Assembly (NCBI GenBank): GCA_032718475.1
Contig: JAUCBJ010008755.1
Coordinates: 1-52,982 of the forward strand
DNA: 52,982 nucleotides
Reading direction: 5' to 3'
Origin: Nemertoderma westbladi
Lineage: Eukaryota > Animalia > Xenacoelomorpha
Under the pieces are notes generated by a model, which saw only the letters and a list, made by a program, of their open reading frames with translations, did no database searches and had not been told where the DNA came from. This document shows, in pieces, positions 26,064 to 36,459 of the stretch; position 1 is the first letter of the stretch, and each line of letters starts with the position of its first letter. The translations under genes were made by a program, and so were the position numbers.

Positions 26064-27608
26064 ATGGGATTAAACCCGGAAGTCGCGGAATACATACCGG
26101 CAGGTAGGCCAGAAGCTGATAGGCCTATACCGGTACCAGCACAGCAGTATGACTACAGCATGCAAGGACATAACATATACCCAGGGGAGGGGAGAATTAT
26201 TGCGAATAGGTGCATGGGCCCCAATATATTAACATCAACCCCAGTACCAAACATACCGGTGGGGGGGGGGGGGGGGGGGCAGGGTGACATTCCCCCATCA
26301 CAATATCAACAATATACCCCAATAGGAGCAAGAACAACAAACCCCTTGGACGAGAATAGATCATGCGACACCGAAATATGGAGGGGGCCGCTACCCCCAA
26401 TGATATATCCAAGTCAAAGGAAAGCGGCAGACAGGACAAACGGACCACACCCAACAGGAGAAACTATACAACATCCATCGAACCCATTGGAAGCGCAGGC
26501 GATGGGAATGGCCACGTTAATCGATGCGTTAAAAACTAGGATCGAGTTACCACCCGTGGAACCGTTCAAATTCGATGGGAGTAGGCTGGAAGAATATCTA
26601 CAGTTTCGGTGCATGTATAGTAACGAAATACTAACAAAGAACTTGAAGCAGGCGGAGTGCCTAAAATATCTGCAAGTATATACAGGAGGCCCAGCATACG
26701 ACATCGTAAGGCAATACCAGGGCATCGAGGGCGGCTTCACGACGGCATGGTGGGCACTGGACAGGGAATACGGGCACCCGGCCAAGATCATCCGGCAAAC
26801 CCTGAGAGGCATAACATCGGGTGGCCTACAGGATAATCCCGTTAGCATAAAGACGTTTGGGAACAAGGTTGAGAAGGCGCTAATCGTGCTAAAGACGCTA
26901 GACGCACCATACGAGCTCAATGCGTCTAACAACATCACCACGATAGCGCAGGCACTACCAATATGGCTGCGCAATAAGTGGAGGAAAATTTCTTTCTCCA
27001 CTCGAGATAAGAAGGGTGCGCAACCGGGTTTAGAACAAATTTCGAGCTTCTTGAATTACGAAGCCGAATTAATAACAGACCCAGTCTATAGCGAGGATAG
27101 CCTGGGAAAGGGACCAAGGACCGAATACCACAGACCAAAACCAGAACATAACGTGGTGAACACATTGCCAAAGCTCAGACAATCACTGCCGTATGCAGCG
27201 ACGCAGGGGACTGCTAGTCCACAGGTAGCCGGGGGTAAGACCACATCATGGAGCAGACAGGGGAAAAATAACAACACAAATAAACATAACCCCAGCACGC
27301 CCAGTAGGCCGAACCCATACAATAAGAATAGTAGGGACTTTGGTACGAACGCAGGTGCGATACGCAACGCAGTGTATATGGACGGCTACAACCCAAAGAG
27401 CAGATGCCAACTACATACAAATGCAGTTCATCAGACCAGGAACTGCAGGTACTGGCAAGCGCTACCCAGGGAAGATCAGGTAGAATACGCAAGAAGAAAT
27501 GAAATCTGTTCGCGATGCGTGATGAGTGGATATAGAACTAAACAATGCGAGGAAACGCCGGTAAGTTCGGTCAAAGGAAAGGCCAGACGATGGCAACGAG
27601 CACCGTAG
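26064..27608 (+). pseudogene. BEL/Pao gag (DUF1759-type region + Cys/His knuckles)
   Basis: LPPVEPFKFDG...LKYLQVYTGGPA...AWWALDREYGHP; CQLHTNAVHQTRNC; CSRCVMSGYRTKQC. Confidence 0.85.
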
Positions 27609-29876
27609 GGGCGAAGAAAAGAGGAACTGTACTACTTGGGGTAGTGCCAGTACGAGTAATCGGGGAAAGCAATCGATCAGTGACCACACTGATGCTGGTC
27701 GATAGTGGAGCAGCCTTCACATTAGTCGAGAATTGGGTGGCCAAAGAGATAGGAATGAGAACGAGGCCAAGTAGAATGAGTGGATGGCGGTAACAACCAT
27801 CTCCAGCAGAGATGAGGTCTTGGAGATGAGGACCGGATGGTGCGCGATAGCAGCAATAGCACCGGGATACGACTATGGGGCGAGCATCGACCCCATCCAG
27901 GTGATAGAGTCGATAAACATCAACGCCAGGCAGCCAACCAACATCGAGGTCGAGCAATATAAATACCTGGACAATATCGACTTCTCAATCCCAGAGGTGG
28001 ACGTTAGGAAAGTATCCAACATCGTAGGAATGGACTGCCCGACTGCCCACGAGAGAATGCAAACGGTCTTCGGTGAAGACAGGCAGTGTGACCCGGTGGC
28101 GATATTAATACCATTCGGGTGGACGCTGAGCGGCCCAATTAAGAGCAAGATACCATTTAGGATGCATGGATGGATCCATTCAGGATGCATGTTCGCGGGA
28201 ACTATGTGAGAAATGGGAGATGAGAGAGCGGAGGAGCAGCTCAAGAGACTGCTCAGGAAAGACTTTGAGGGATTGAAAGAGACCGGAGTCGGAACCTCGG
28301 TAGAGGACTGCTCTGCAGAGTGTAAAGGAGTCTATGAGATGCGACGAGGGGTGGTATACCATAGGGATGGTATGGAAGCTACTGAAGCTACCGCTACCCG
28401 ATAATAGAGGGATGGTACTCACGAGGCTTCGTAAGTTGAAACAGACACTAAAACGGAGCCCCGAAAAGAATGAGTACATTCACAAGACAATCAGAAAGTA
28501 CGTTGAGAAAGGATGGGCCGTGGAGCTACCGGTCGACGAACCAAGCACGGACAGGACATATTACCTGCCACTCCACGTGGCTCTAGACCCGAAGAAGGGT
28601 AAACTGCGGATGGTAGTTGACGCATCGGCTAAAACCAACGGCAAATGCCTAAATGACTATCTGCTCAAGCGTCCCAATATCTACAACTCGGGGATCGAGG
28701 TCCTACTCAGATTCAGGAATGGGAAACACGCCTTCACCTGTGACATCGAAGCCATGTTCAACCAAGTCTGTGTAACAGAAGAGGATAGCGACAGTCAACG
28801 TTTCCTATGGTACAACGGCGACGAGGAACTGTCGACAATACCGATGTACAAGATGGTAGTACAGAATATGGGGGGCCAAGTTGTCCTCCTTCACGACGAC
28901 TGTGGCCGTGAGAGATACAGTAGAGGGGAAGGAAGATAAATACAGCACTAGGGCCGTAAATATGATTCGACGCGGCTTCTATGTAGACGATGGGATGGAG
29001 TCTGGAAACACGGTTAAGGAATTACTGGACACAGGGCGCGAGGTTCGCGACATCCTTAAAGGATCCGGCTTTAACCTAACCAAATTCCAATCCAGTTCAG
29101 AGGAATTTATCGAGGCAATAAAGGACGAGAGACCAGGATCGACCATGGATAATCCCATGTCAGAACATGGCGAACAAAATAATAGAGTCCTAACAGAAGG
29201 CACAGGGGATCGTGTGGAACAGAGAGGCGGATGAGTTGAAGTACCAATTAAGCCAGGAGGGCGCAGACACCCCCACGAAGAGGGGCTATGTGTCGTACAT
29301 AGCGAGGATATACGATCCCCTAGGCCTAGCATCCCCATTACTAGTCAAGGGAAACAGATACTCAAAAGAGTGTACAAACTGAAGGACGAGTGGGACGCAG
29401 AAGTACCGGAAGAGATCAGGAAGCAGTGGTGTAAATGGACAGAGAGTTTAGAGCAGATGGGAACATACAGCATGCCACGAGTGTATTTCCCGGATGGGGA
29501 CATGACGAATCTGGATCTGCACATGTTCTCCGAAGCGTCATTAGAGGCAAACAGAGCGGCACTCTACTTAGTACAACGAGAGGGGGCTCACAAGCCCAGA
29601 CTCGCCTTCAGTAAGGCAAAGTCGACGCCACCAGATTCAGCATCGGTTCCGAAACTCGAATTGACAGCTGCGAGGCTAGGAGTTAGGGCCACAGCCTACT
29701 TAATGGACGTTATTCCCAACATAGTTGAGACACACTACTGGACGGATTCCATGGTGGTGCTTGGCTGGCTACACAACGAAAGGACGAGATACCCTATATT
29801 CGTCGCAAATAGGGTGGACGAAATAAGGGCGACCACAGAACTGGAAAGGTGGTACTACTGCCCAACGGACGAGAAC
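27545..29876 (+). pseudogene. BEL/Pao pol (protease, RT, RNase H), multiple frameshifts
   Basis: LVDSGA; YYLPLHV...KLRMVVDASA; DIEAMFNQV; FYVDD; LHMFSEAS; VPKLELTAA; WTDSMVVLGWL; FVANRVDEIR; WYYCPTDEN, cut at this point. Confidence 0.9.
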
Positions 29877-30103
29877 TGTGTGGTTATTTGGTAATAACCC
29901 ATGAAAACTAAGTAATAAAATATCTGTTATTTTATTGAGACTAGCCAGTTATCTCTCATTACTGCTGTACTGCCTATTGTACTGCCTCAGACATATCTGT
30001 GTCCAACGACCTAATCAAGCTAACTATCTCAGTATATATTTTTACACCACCACCAACATAGTTCCGTACTGTATCAAAACTGTTCCGTACGGGAACTACC
30101 ACA
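29877..30103 (-). repeat. Gypsy 3' LTR (227 bp)
   Basis: Matches 34949-35175 except for 2 adjacent substitutions (cccATgaaa vs cccGAgaaa). Confidence 0.95.
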
Positions 30104-30112
30104 CCCTCCCTC
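30104..30112 (-). promoter_or_regulatory. Polypurine tract
   Basis: GAGGGAGGG immediately before the 3' LTR. Confidence 0.8.
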
Positions 30113-30135
30113 GAGCTCCAAAGGAGTTTATATAG

Positions 30136-33100
30136 TTATAGGCGCCGAGGAGGGCGTCGCTGCCGAGTAGGGTATCGGCTGGGGGTGCGCTGCCGGATTG
30201 CGCGGGTCTGAGTTAATTGGGGGTCCCAAGATACAGTTTTTGGGGGCTGGGTGGGGTCGACGTCCGCCACAGCCTGGGGATCAGGGGACCCTGGCGTCGC
30301 AGGGTTGTCCAGAACCACTGGATGTGCAGGAATAGTGCTGGTGAGTGGTAGGGATGTGGAGTCACGCAGGAGGAATCTGCGGTTCCGAGAAATGGTACGG
30401 CCAGAGGGTGTCCGGACGGTATAGCGCCGATGTGGACCAGCCTCGACAACGGTCCCCTTGCGGTCCCAACGATGGGAGCGGGGGTCCTGGACCACAACGG
30501 GGTCATTGACCGCAAGAGGTGGTAGGTCACGTGCCGCCTTATTATAATCGGCGATTTTAGCGCGGCGTAGGGGAGGTGTAAGCGTATCCAGATGGCGTCT
30601 GGTGGTTTGGTGGTCAGCGTGGAAGGCACTATGGTGTGCTGGAACGCGGGTCCGGAGGGGGTGGCCATAGACGATTTGTGCGGGGGATAATCCGGTTTCC
30701 CGCGGGCTGTTCCTGAGAGCCAGGAGGCCTTCAGCGAACGCTGGAGAGTCGGGGCGGCTGCCAGTCTTGTCGAGAAGGCTTTTCAAAGCCTTGACGGCCG
30801 CTTCGGCATGTCCGTTGCCCTGAGGATACTCAGCAGATGAAGTGACTGGGGTTACACCCCAGTCAGCGAGGAAGCTGACCGTGGCACCGTCTGTAAGGGG
30901 GGTACCGCCATCCGACCGCAGGCGGGTCGGAATCCCATAGCGCGAGAACCACTTTTTTAGGGAGTTAATGGTGTTGGCGGCGGAAGGGGCGCCGGAGAAG
31001 GAGTTGAGATCCGGCCACCCACTATATCGGTCAACGAGGGCAATGTAATGGCGACCATTTAGCTGAAAAAAGTCGGCCGAGATGTCCTCGAAGATCCGGG
31101 ATGGTGGTGGTTCCTCCAGGAAGGTTTCCTTCGGAGGGGTGGCCCTGTATCGAAGGCAGGATGGGCAGCTGGCAACTGATTGGCGGATATCGTTGGTGAG
31201 ACCCGGCCAGTAAATACACTGCCGGGCCCGCCGAAGAGATTTATCCATCCCCTGGTGGGGACTATGGAGACGTTCCAGGGTGCTGGCGCGGGCTGCCGCA
31301 GGGATAACGATGCGCTCGCCGTAGAGGATGAGGTCGTCATCTGTGGTGAGCTCATTCCGCAGCGACCAATATGCTCCGACTGCAGGGTCGTTGGGTGTAT
31401 GGAGGGGGAATCCATCATGTACTGCTGCATGGAGGGCCATGTATGCGGGATCAGCACGAGCGATTGTGGCGAGATCCTGGAGGATGGGGTCTTCAAGATG
31501 GTCGAACCCGGAGATGGCGGAAACTGTAGAGAGAGTGACGGAGTGGAGGCAGAAGGATGTTTCGCCGTCATCGATGAGATCGGCGGGTGTCGGCTGATCG
31601 ACGGGGGATCGTGATAGCGCGTCGGGGATGGAGTGAGATTTCCCTTTAACCCAGCTGGTCAGGAAGTTGTATGGGGCCAGTCGAGATTTCAGCCGTTGAA
31701 TCCTGGCATTCTCCACCTCGGAAAAGTTTTTCCGGTCGAGGATTGTCACCAGAGGCTGGTGATCCGTCACCAAAGTGAAGATGGGGAGTCCTAGGAGGTA
31801 GTTGTGGCACTTTTTAATTGCCCATGCGACAGCGAGCAGCTCCAGCTCGACAGTCGCATACCGGGACTCCGTCTGAGAAATGAACCTAGACCCGCACTCA
31901 ATGAGGCGCCAGTCTGTTCCGTGGCGTTGTAAAAGGGCATAGCCAAGCCCTTTGAGCCTGGAGGCGTCGGTTACTAGTTTTGTTTCGAGGGAAATATCGA
32001 AAGGGGCGAGTACTGGGGGCGAAGTGAGTGCAACCTTTGTGGCCTCGAAGGCTCGTGAGTGGTCTGAGTTCCAGATATATGGAGATTTCGCTGACAATAG
32101 CGTGCGCAGAGGCAGGAGCATCTGCGATATCTCGGCAGAGAATGGAGCTAATTGCTCCACCAGTCCAATGAAGGAGCGGAGATCGGTGAGGGTCTCGGGG
32201 CGGGGGAAGGAGGCGATGGCGGACAGTTTGGTGGGATCAGCGCGGATTCCATCTGCTCCCACGAGGTAGCCCCCAAATTTAACTTGGGATTTGGCGAGCT
32301 GGACCTTGTCTGGGTGTAAGCAGATCCCCTTGGAGCGGCAGCGCTCCAAGAAGCGTTGGATTGATGCCAGGTGTTCCTCCAGGGTGTCGTCATACAGTAG
32401 TACATCGTCAACGATTTTCAACATCCTGGGAATACCTTCCAGCGCTATGTCGCCCCGGCGATTAAACTCATCTCCAGATGAGATTAAACCCATCACGCTC
32501 CGTGTGTGCTTGTACCGCCCCCATGGTGTGACAAAGGTAGTTAATAACTGGGATTCAGGATCTAGGGGGACTTGCCAGTAGCCATGGGCGGCGTCAAACA
32601 CAGAAAAGAACTTCGCAGTTCGGGAAATCTCCGCGATTTTGAGGCGAGGATTCGGTGTTGGGTAAAAGGGTCGCTCAACTTGAGAATTTAGACCGCGCAA
32701 GTCCACGCAAAGTCGGAGTTTGCCATTGGGCTTGCGGGTGACAGTTAGTGGATGGGCCCAGTCTGTGGGTTCCTCTACTCGCTGTATAATATTGCGGCGC
32801 ACTAAACTGTCGAGGAGGGTTTTTACCTCCTCCCGTAGGGCCATAGCGATTGGCCTTGCGCCCCTAACATGATGAGGTGTTGCCCCCTCTTTGAGTTTTA
32901 TGTGCATGGGCGGCCCCGGGATTATTGATAGAGGGGCGGCCTCATCATCAAAACAATCCCCGTAACGGTTGAGGAGAGCCGTTGCCGAAGATGCATCTAC
33001 GTGGGATATGGACGACGGGGATATGGTTACCGTGGAGACCGAGGCGGGCTGGGGAAAACCTGCAGGGAGGATCCCCAGATCCTGACAAACCGATTTCGAA

Positions 33101-34809
33101 AGGATCAGCCCCTGGATTTCTGGTGAAATCACAATTTCAGTTCTCGCGGTATTATTTCCGGCGGAAATACTTGCGGGTAAGCGACCGTTAGTTTCTATTG
33201 GTAGACCATCGGCGGCGATCAAATCCATGTTAGAGGATAGGAGTAGATCCTTTTTGTTTCCCCCCAAATCGTGGAAGAGGTCTTCATTTAGAAGAGTTGC
33301 CGCCGCGCCGCTGTCGGGAAGCGCACGTTGGATTTGCCCTAATAGTTTACCAGTATAGGGGTTTGCGAGAGATACTGCAAGGTAATCGAGTTTACATACA
33401 GCATCTCTGTACTCCAAGCGGTTGATTGAAGTACGAGAAAGAACTGTGTTGGCAAAAGACCTGGCGGGTTTCTTTGCTGAACCACCAGATCTGCACATCT
33501 TTTTGTAGTGGCCAGTTTTACCACACCCATCGCATATTACCCCTCGGGCGGGGCAGGTTGCTCCTAGATGTTGTTCGTGCCCACAGTTTCCGCAATTGCG
33601 GGCGCGATCCCGATCCCCTTTGGATGTATTAAATCTAGGAGCTGGTACCGGGGTAGAGGGTTGGCCGGAAGACCTTCCGGGATGTTGGTTTCCGACATTT
33701 GGGCGCGACATTGGAGAGCGGCCCCCCCGCTGCCTGTACTGGGAGATCTTCCCAACGGAGCGGCAGCTACCCAGTACTTGCGTATTCTTTGCACTGGATT
33801 CGTAGTTCTGACATAGAGTTCGAGTTTCCTCCAGAGTGGGTCTGGGGAGTATTTTCAGCAGATCTTGCTGGGTTTCGGTATCGTATAAACCGACCAGAAT
33901 TTGAGTGACAATTTGATTATCGCGGCATTCAGTACACAGTTCAGCGAGTTCGGCGAGATGTCTGAGGGCCCGGTAAAAATCGTCAAAGTTTTCGTTGGCG
34001 CCCTGACGGCGTTTGTGAAACTGCATACAATCGAGCGCAATACTCCTCTTGGCGCGGAGGTGCTGTTGCAGTTTATCGAGGATGGCGGTTGTATCGACCG
34101 CGTCATCGTTTGGATCGAGTTCCAGAGTGCGCTTAACGACATCTGTAAGTCCAGGACCCAATGCAGTAATAAGAGTATGTACGAGTTCACCACGCGGACA
34201 ATTCTCCGCGCTCTGACGGCGAAGGTTACTGTCCCATGTCTCCCGCCAGCGACGGAAGGTGGGAAGTTCGATCGAGGTATCGAGTTTATCTAGGTTGCCG
34301 ATGTCGATCGTTCGCCGTCGGATGGGGATCGCAGGCGGTTGGGGAGTTCCCGGTACCGCGAGGTTTGGTTGAGGTTGACCAAACTGAACGAGAAGGGCCT
34401 GGAATCGTGCATCTGCTGCGGCTTGTTGCGCGTCCAGGCGGCGTTGAGCGTTTTCTTCTGAACGCCGTTGCTCTTCCCGGTATTCTCGTTGTTGATTTTC
34501 TAGGCGGCGTTGAGCCGCCTCCTGTTGCTGCGCCATAAACTGCATAAGTTTAGCGAGGCTAGGTTGAGCCTCAGTAGGCTGTTCGCGAAAGGGGTCTTCG
34601 TTCGTATCCGAATCTTCCTCCATTTCGGCGATCCGAGCCTGGAGTTTTTTCCGAAGTGACGCAGTGGATGGTCTCCCCTCGGTTGGAATACCCGCAGAGA
34701 TGCAAAACCCGATCAGATCTTGCCGGTTGAGTTGTTCCATATCCTCAGGAGAGAGTTGAGTCCAATCTAAAACTGGAGGAGTTCCAGCGGTGGGTTGAAC
34801 CTCGGCCAT
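30136..34809 (-). CDS. Gypsy gag-pol polyprotein (1557 aa)
   Basis: Zn knuckles CGNCGHEQHLGATC and CDGCGKTGHYKKMC; protease LPDSGA; RT LRLCVDLRGLN, DAAHGYWQ, IVDD; RNase H TDAS, ELELLAV, TDHQPL; integrase H-H-C-C and D(SADFF)-D(RSDGG)-E(HAEAAV). Confidence 0.96.
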   Translation of the reverse strand: MAEVQPTAGTPPVLDWTQLSPEDMEQLNRQDLIGFCISAGIPTEGRPSTASLRKKLQARIAEMEEDSDTNEDPFREQPTEAQPSLAKLMQFMAQQQEAAQRRLENQQREYREEQRRSEENAQRRLDAQQAAADARFQALLVQFGQPQPNLAVPGTPQPPAIPIRRRTIDIGNLDKLDTSIELPTFRRWRETWDSNLRRQSAENCPRGELVHTLITALGPGLTDVVKRTLELDPNDDAVDTTAILDKLQQHLRAKRSIALDCMQFHKRRQGANENFDDFYRALRHLAELAELCTECRDNQIVTQILVGLYDTETQQDLLKILPRPTLEETRTLCQNYESSAKNTQVLGSCRSVGKISQYRQRGGRSPMSRPNVGNQHPGRSSGQPSTPVPAPRFNTSKGDRDRARNCGNCGHEQHLGATCPARGVICDGCGKTGHYKKMCRSGGSAKKPARSFANTVLSRTSINRLEYRDAVCKLDYLAVSLANPYTGKLLGQIQRALPDSGAAATLLNEDLFHDLGGNKKDLLLSSNMDLIAADGLPIETNGRLPASISAGNNTARTEIVISPEIQGLILSKSVCQDLGILPAGFPQPASVSTVTISPSSISHVDASSATALLNRYGDCFDDEAAPLSIIPGPPMHIKLKEGATPHHVRGARPIAMALREEVKTLLDSLVRRNIIQRVEEPTDWAHPLTVTRKPNGKLRLCVDLRGLNSQVERPFYPTPNPRLKIAEISRTAKFFSVFDAAHGYWQVPLDPESQLLTTFVTPWGRYKHTRSVMGLISSGDEFNRRGDIALEGIPRMLKIVDDVLLYDDTLEEHLASIQRFLERCRSKGICLHPDKVQLAKSQVKFGGYLVGADGIRADPTKLSAIASFPRPETLTDLRSFIGLVEQLAPFSAEISQMLLPLRTLLSAKSPYIWNSDHSRAFEATKVALTSPPVLAPFDISLETKLVTDASRLKGLGYALLQRHGTDWRLIECGSRFISQTESRYATVELELLAVAWAIKKCHNYLLGLPIFTLVTDHQPLVTILDRKNFSEVENARIQRLKSRLAPYNFLTSWVKGKSHSIPDALSRSPVDQPTPADLIDDGETSFCLHSVTLSTVSAISGFDHLEDPILQDLATIARADPAYMALHAAVHDGFPLHTPNDPAVGAYWSLRNELTTDDDLILYGERIVIPAAARASTLERLHSPHQGMDKSLRRARQCIYWPGLTNDIRQSVASCPSCLRYRATPPKETFLEEPPPSRIFEDISADFFQLNGRHYIALVDRYSGWPDLNSFSGAPSAANTINSLKKWFSRYGIPTRLRSDGGTPLTDGATVSFLADWGVTPVTSSAEYPQGNGHAEAAVKALKSLLDKTGSRPDSPAFAEGLLALRNSPRETGLSPAQIVYGHPLRTRVPAHHSAFHADHQTTRRHLDTLTPPLRRAKIADYNKAARDLPPLAVNDPVVVQDPRSHRWDRKGTVVEAGPHRRYTVRTPSGRTISRNRRFLLRDSTSLPLTSTIPAHPVVLDNPATPGSPDPQAVADVDPTQPPKTVSWDPQLTQTRAIRQRTPSRYPTRQRRPPRRL

Positions 34810-34936
34810 CGTACCGGATATAGTGAGCTCGTAGACGGAAAAAGTCGTAGTCGGTTTACTCCACGTTCCGACGGATAGACGCGGTTAAACGCGTGTGCGA
34901 GGGTTGCAGGTCAGCAGGTAGGCAGTATACCGGTAA

Positions 34937-34948
34937 CTCGCAGCGCCA
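34937..34948 (-). promoter_or_regulatory. Primer-binding site (Ser tRNA-like)
   Basis: TGGCGCTGCGAG directly after the 5' LTR. It is complementary to a tRNA 3' end ...CTCGCAGCGCCA. The Ser assignment is from memory of tRNA-Ser 3' ends. Confidence 0.75.
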
Positions 34949-35175
34949 TGTGTGGTTATTTGGTAATAACCCGAGAAAACTAAGTAATAAAATATCTGTT
35001 ATTTTATTGAGACTAGCCAGTTATCTCTCATTACTGCTGTACTGCCTATTGTACTGCCTCAGACATATCTGTGTCCAACGACCTAATCAAGCTAACTATC
35101 TCAGTATATATTTTTACACCACCACCAACATAGTTCCGTACTGTATCAAAACTGTTCCGTACGGGAACTACCACA
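34949..35175 (-). repeat. Gypsy 5' LTR (227 bp)
   Basis: Direct repeat of 29877-30103. Confidence 0.95.
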
Positions 35176-35240
35176 CCTACCTACACGTACACCTACCTAC
35201 ACGTACACCTACCTACACGTACACGTACCTACACGTACCT
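35176..35240. repeat. Simple repeat (cctacctacacgtaca-type)
   Basis: Short tandem acctac/acgtac units abutting the LTR. Confidence 0.8.
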
Positions 35241-35590
35241 GGACTGACAACAAAATTCAGAAGTGCCGAAATGACCTTCATAAGGCGCAGAAAGAGTCCC
35301 GACTCAAACAGACTACAGCGGCCAAGAATGCAGTTAAAGCTGCATCTAGGTCCCTGAACAGGCAGTACTCTGTTAATCTACAGGAGCTAATAAACCAACA
35401 GGTTGATGCCATCAATGATGCTGACGACAGCAGGCAATCATCCCAGGCATGGAAATCGATCAATCTGCTTACTGGGCGGAAAAGCCAACCAACCATCAAG
35501 GTGAAGGCTGAATCACCAGCCGATCGCCTCAATGGTTGGAAAGCCCACTTTGAAAAGCTCCTCAATAATGACAGGGTATTGCCTGATAAC
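35241..35590 (+). mobile_element. Non-LTR retrotransposon (RTE-like) fragment, endonuclease-RT linker region
   Basis: Open frame ...SSQAWKSINLLTGRKSQPTIKVKAESPADRLNGWKAHFEKLLN matches the AW..IN..GRK / W..HF..LL linker pattern. Confidence 0.65.
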
Positions 35591-35984
35591 TTTATTTAAA
35601 TTAACAATTATATATATACCGGTAATAGAAAATTACCAAAAAATATTTGTGTAAACAATACCAATAATACCAATAAAAAAAACCAATACATATATCCCGC
35701 GGGGTTGATAAGCACATAATTGTGTTTCTTATTTAACTTTAGTAGTTATATCTAGGTAAGAGGTTGAACTAAGAAGTAAATTGAGATTAATTGGCATTTA
35801 TTACAATAAATTATTACAAAACAAAAACATTACAGTACTATAAATTTAATTTAAATTTGTTGAAAATTACAAAACGTAAATTACGTAAATTGCAAAAATT
35901 ATTACTATATATTAATTTATTGCATTAGTGGCCGAGGATAATATTTCATTCGTAAAGTTGTCCCAGCAATAAAATTCGTAGGCG

Positions 35985-36440
35985 CAGTCAATAATTTGTA
36001 CGTGTCGTGTAGTCAATGCAGTGGTTAAACTCATTTCCACGATCAATAATTCGTACACGGCGTTGTCGCAGCGGTTAAACTCATTTCCACGATCAATAAT
36101 TTGTACGCGGCGTCGACGCAGGGGTTAAACTCATTTACACGGAGGATAATTCGTACACGGCATCGACGCAGCGGTTAAACTCATTTCCACGATCAATAAT
36201 TCGTATGCGGCGTCGTCGCAGCGGTTAAACTCATTTCCATGATCAATAATTCGTATGCGGCGTCGTCGCAGTGGTTAAACTCATTGCCACGATCAATAAT
36301 TCAAACGCGGCGTCGTCTCAGCGGTTAAACTCATTGACACGGAGGATAATTCGTACGCTGAGTTGACGCAGTGGTTAAACTCATTGCCATGCTCGATAAT
36401 TCGTATGCAGAGTCAATGCACCAGTTAAACTCATCGTCAC
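35985..36440. repeat. 50-bp diverged tandem repeat, about 9 copies
   Basis: ggttaaactcat recurs at 36023, 36073, 36123 and so on to 36373, with a variant at about 36423. Confidence 0.92.
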
Positions 36441-36459
36441 AGCTATGAAACATCATCAG

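Larger units (their letters stand above)
22614..29876 (+). mobile_element. BEL/Pao LTR retrotransposon, degenerate and 3'-truncated (integrase and 3' LTR absent)
   Basis: BEL-type gag, protease, RT and RNase H motifs occur in order across several frameshifted ORFs. The left boundary and candidate LTR (~22614-23190, TG...CA) are approximate because there is no second LTR to compare. Confidence 0.85.
29877..35175 (-). mobile_element. Full-length Gypsy (Ty3/Gypsy, probably Mag-like) LTR retrotransposon
   Basis: Two 227-bp LTRs with TG...CA ends, a PBS, a PPT and a single uninterrupted gag-pol ORF in PR-RT-RH-IN order. Confidence 0.97.

Noticed and set aside
27893-27900. CCATCCAG inside BEL pol as another array junction
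   Set aside because: It lies within continuous BEL coding sequence with no flanking hairpins or homology break, so it is a chance match
30213-34538. Overlapping and antisense ORFs within the Gypsy ORF (likewise within BEL and the helicase)
   Set aside because: They are shadow frames of GC-richer coding sequence with no motifs
21510-35590. The two RTE-like fragments as one LINE split by the LTR elements
   Set aside because: The order is wrong: the RT core lies upstream of the linker that should precede it
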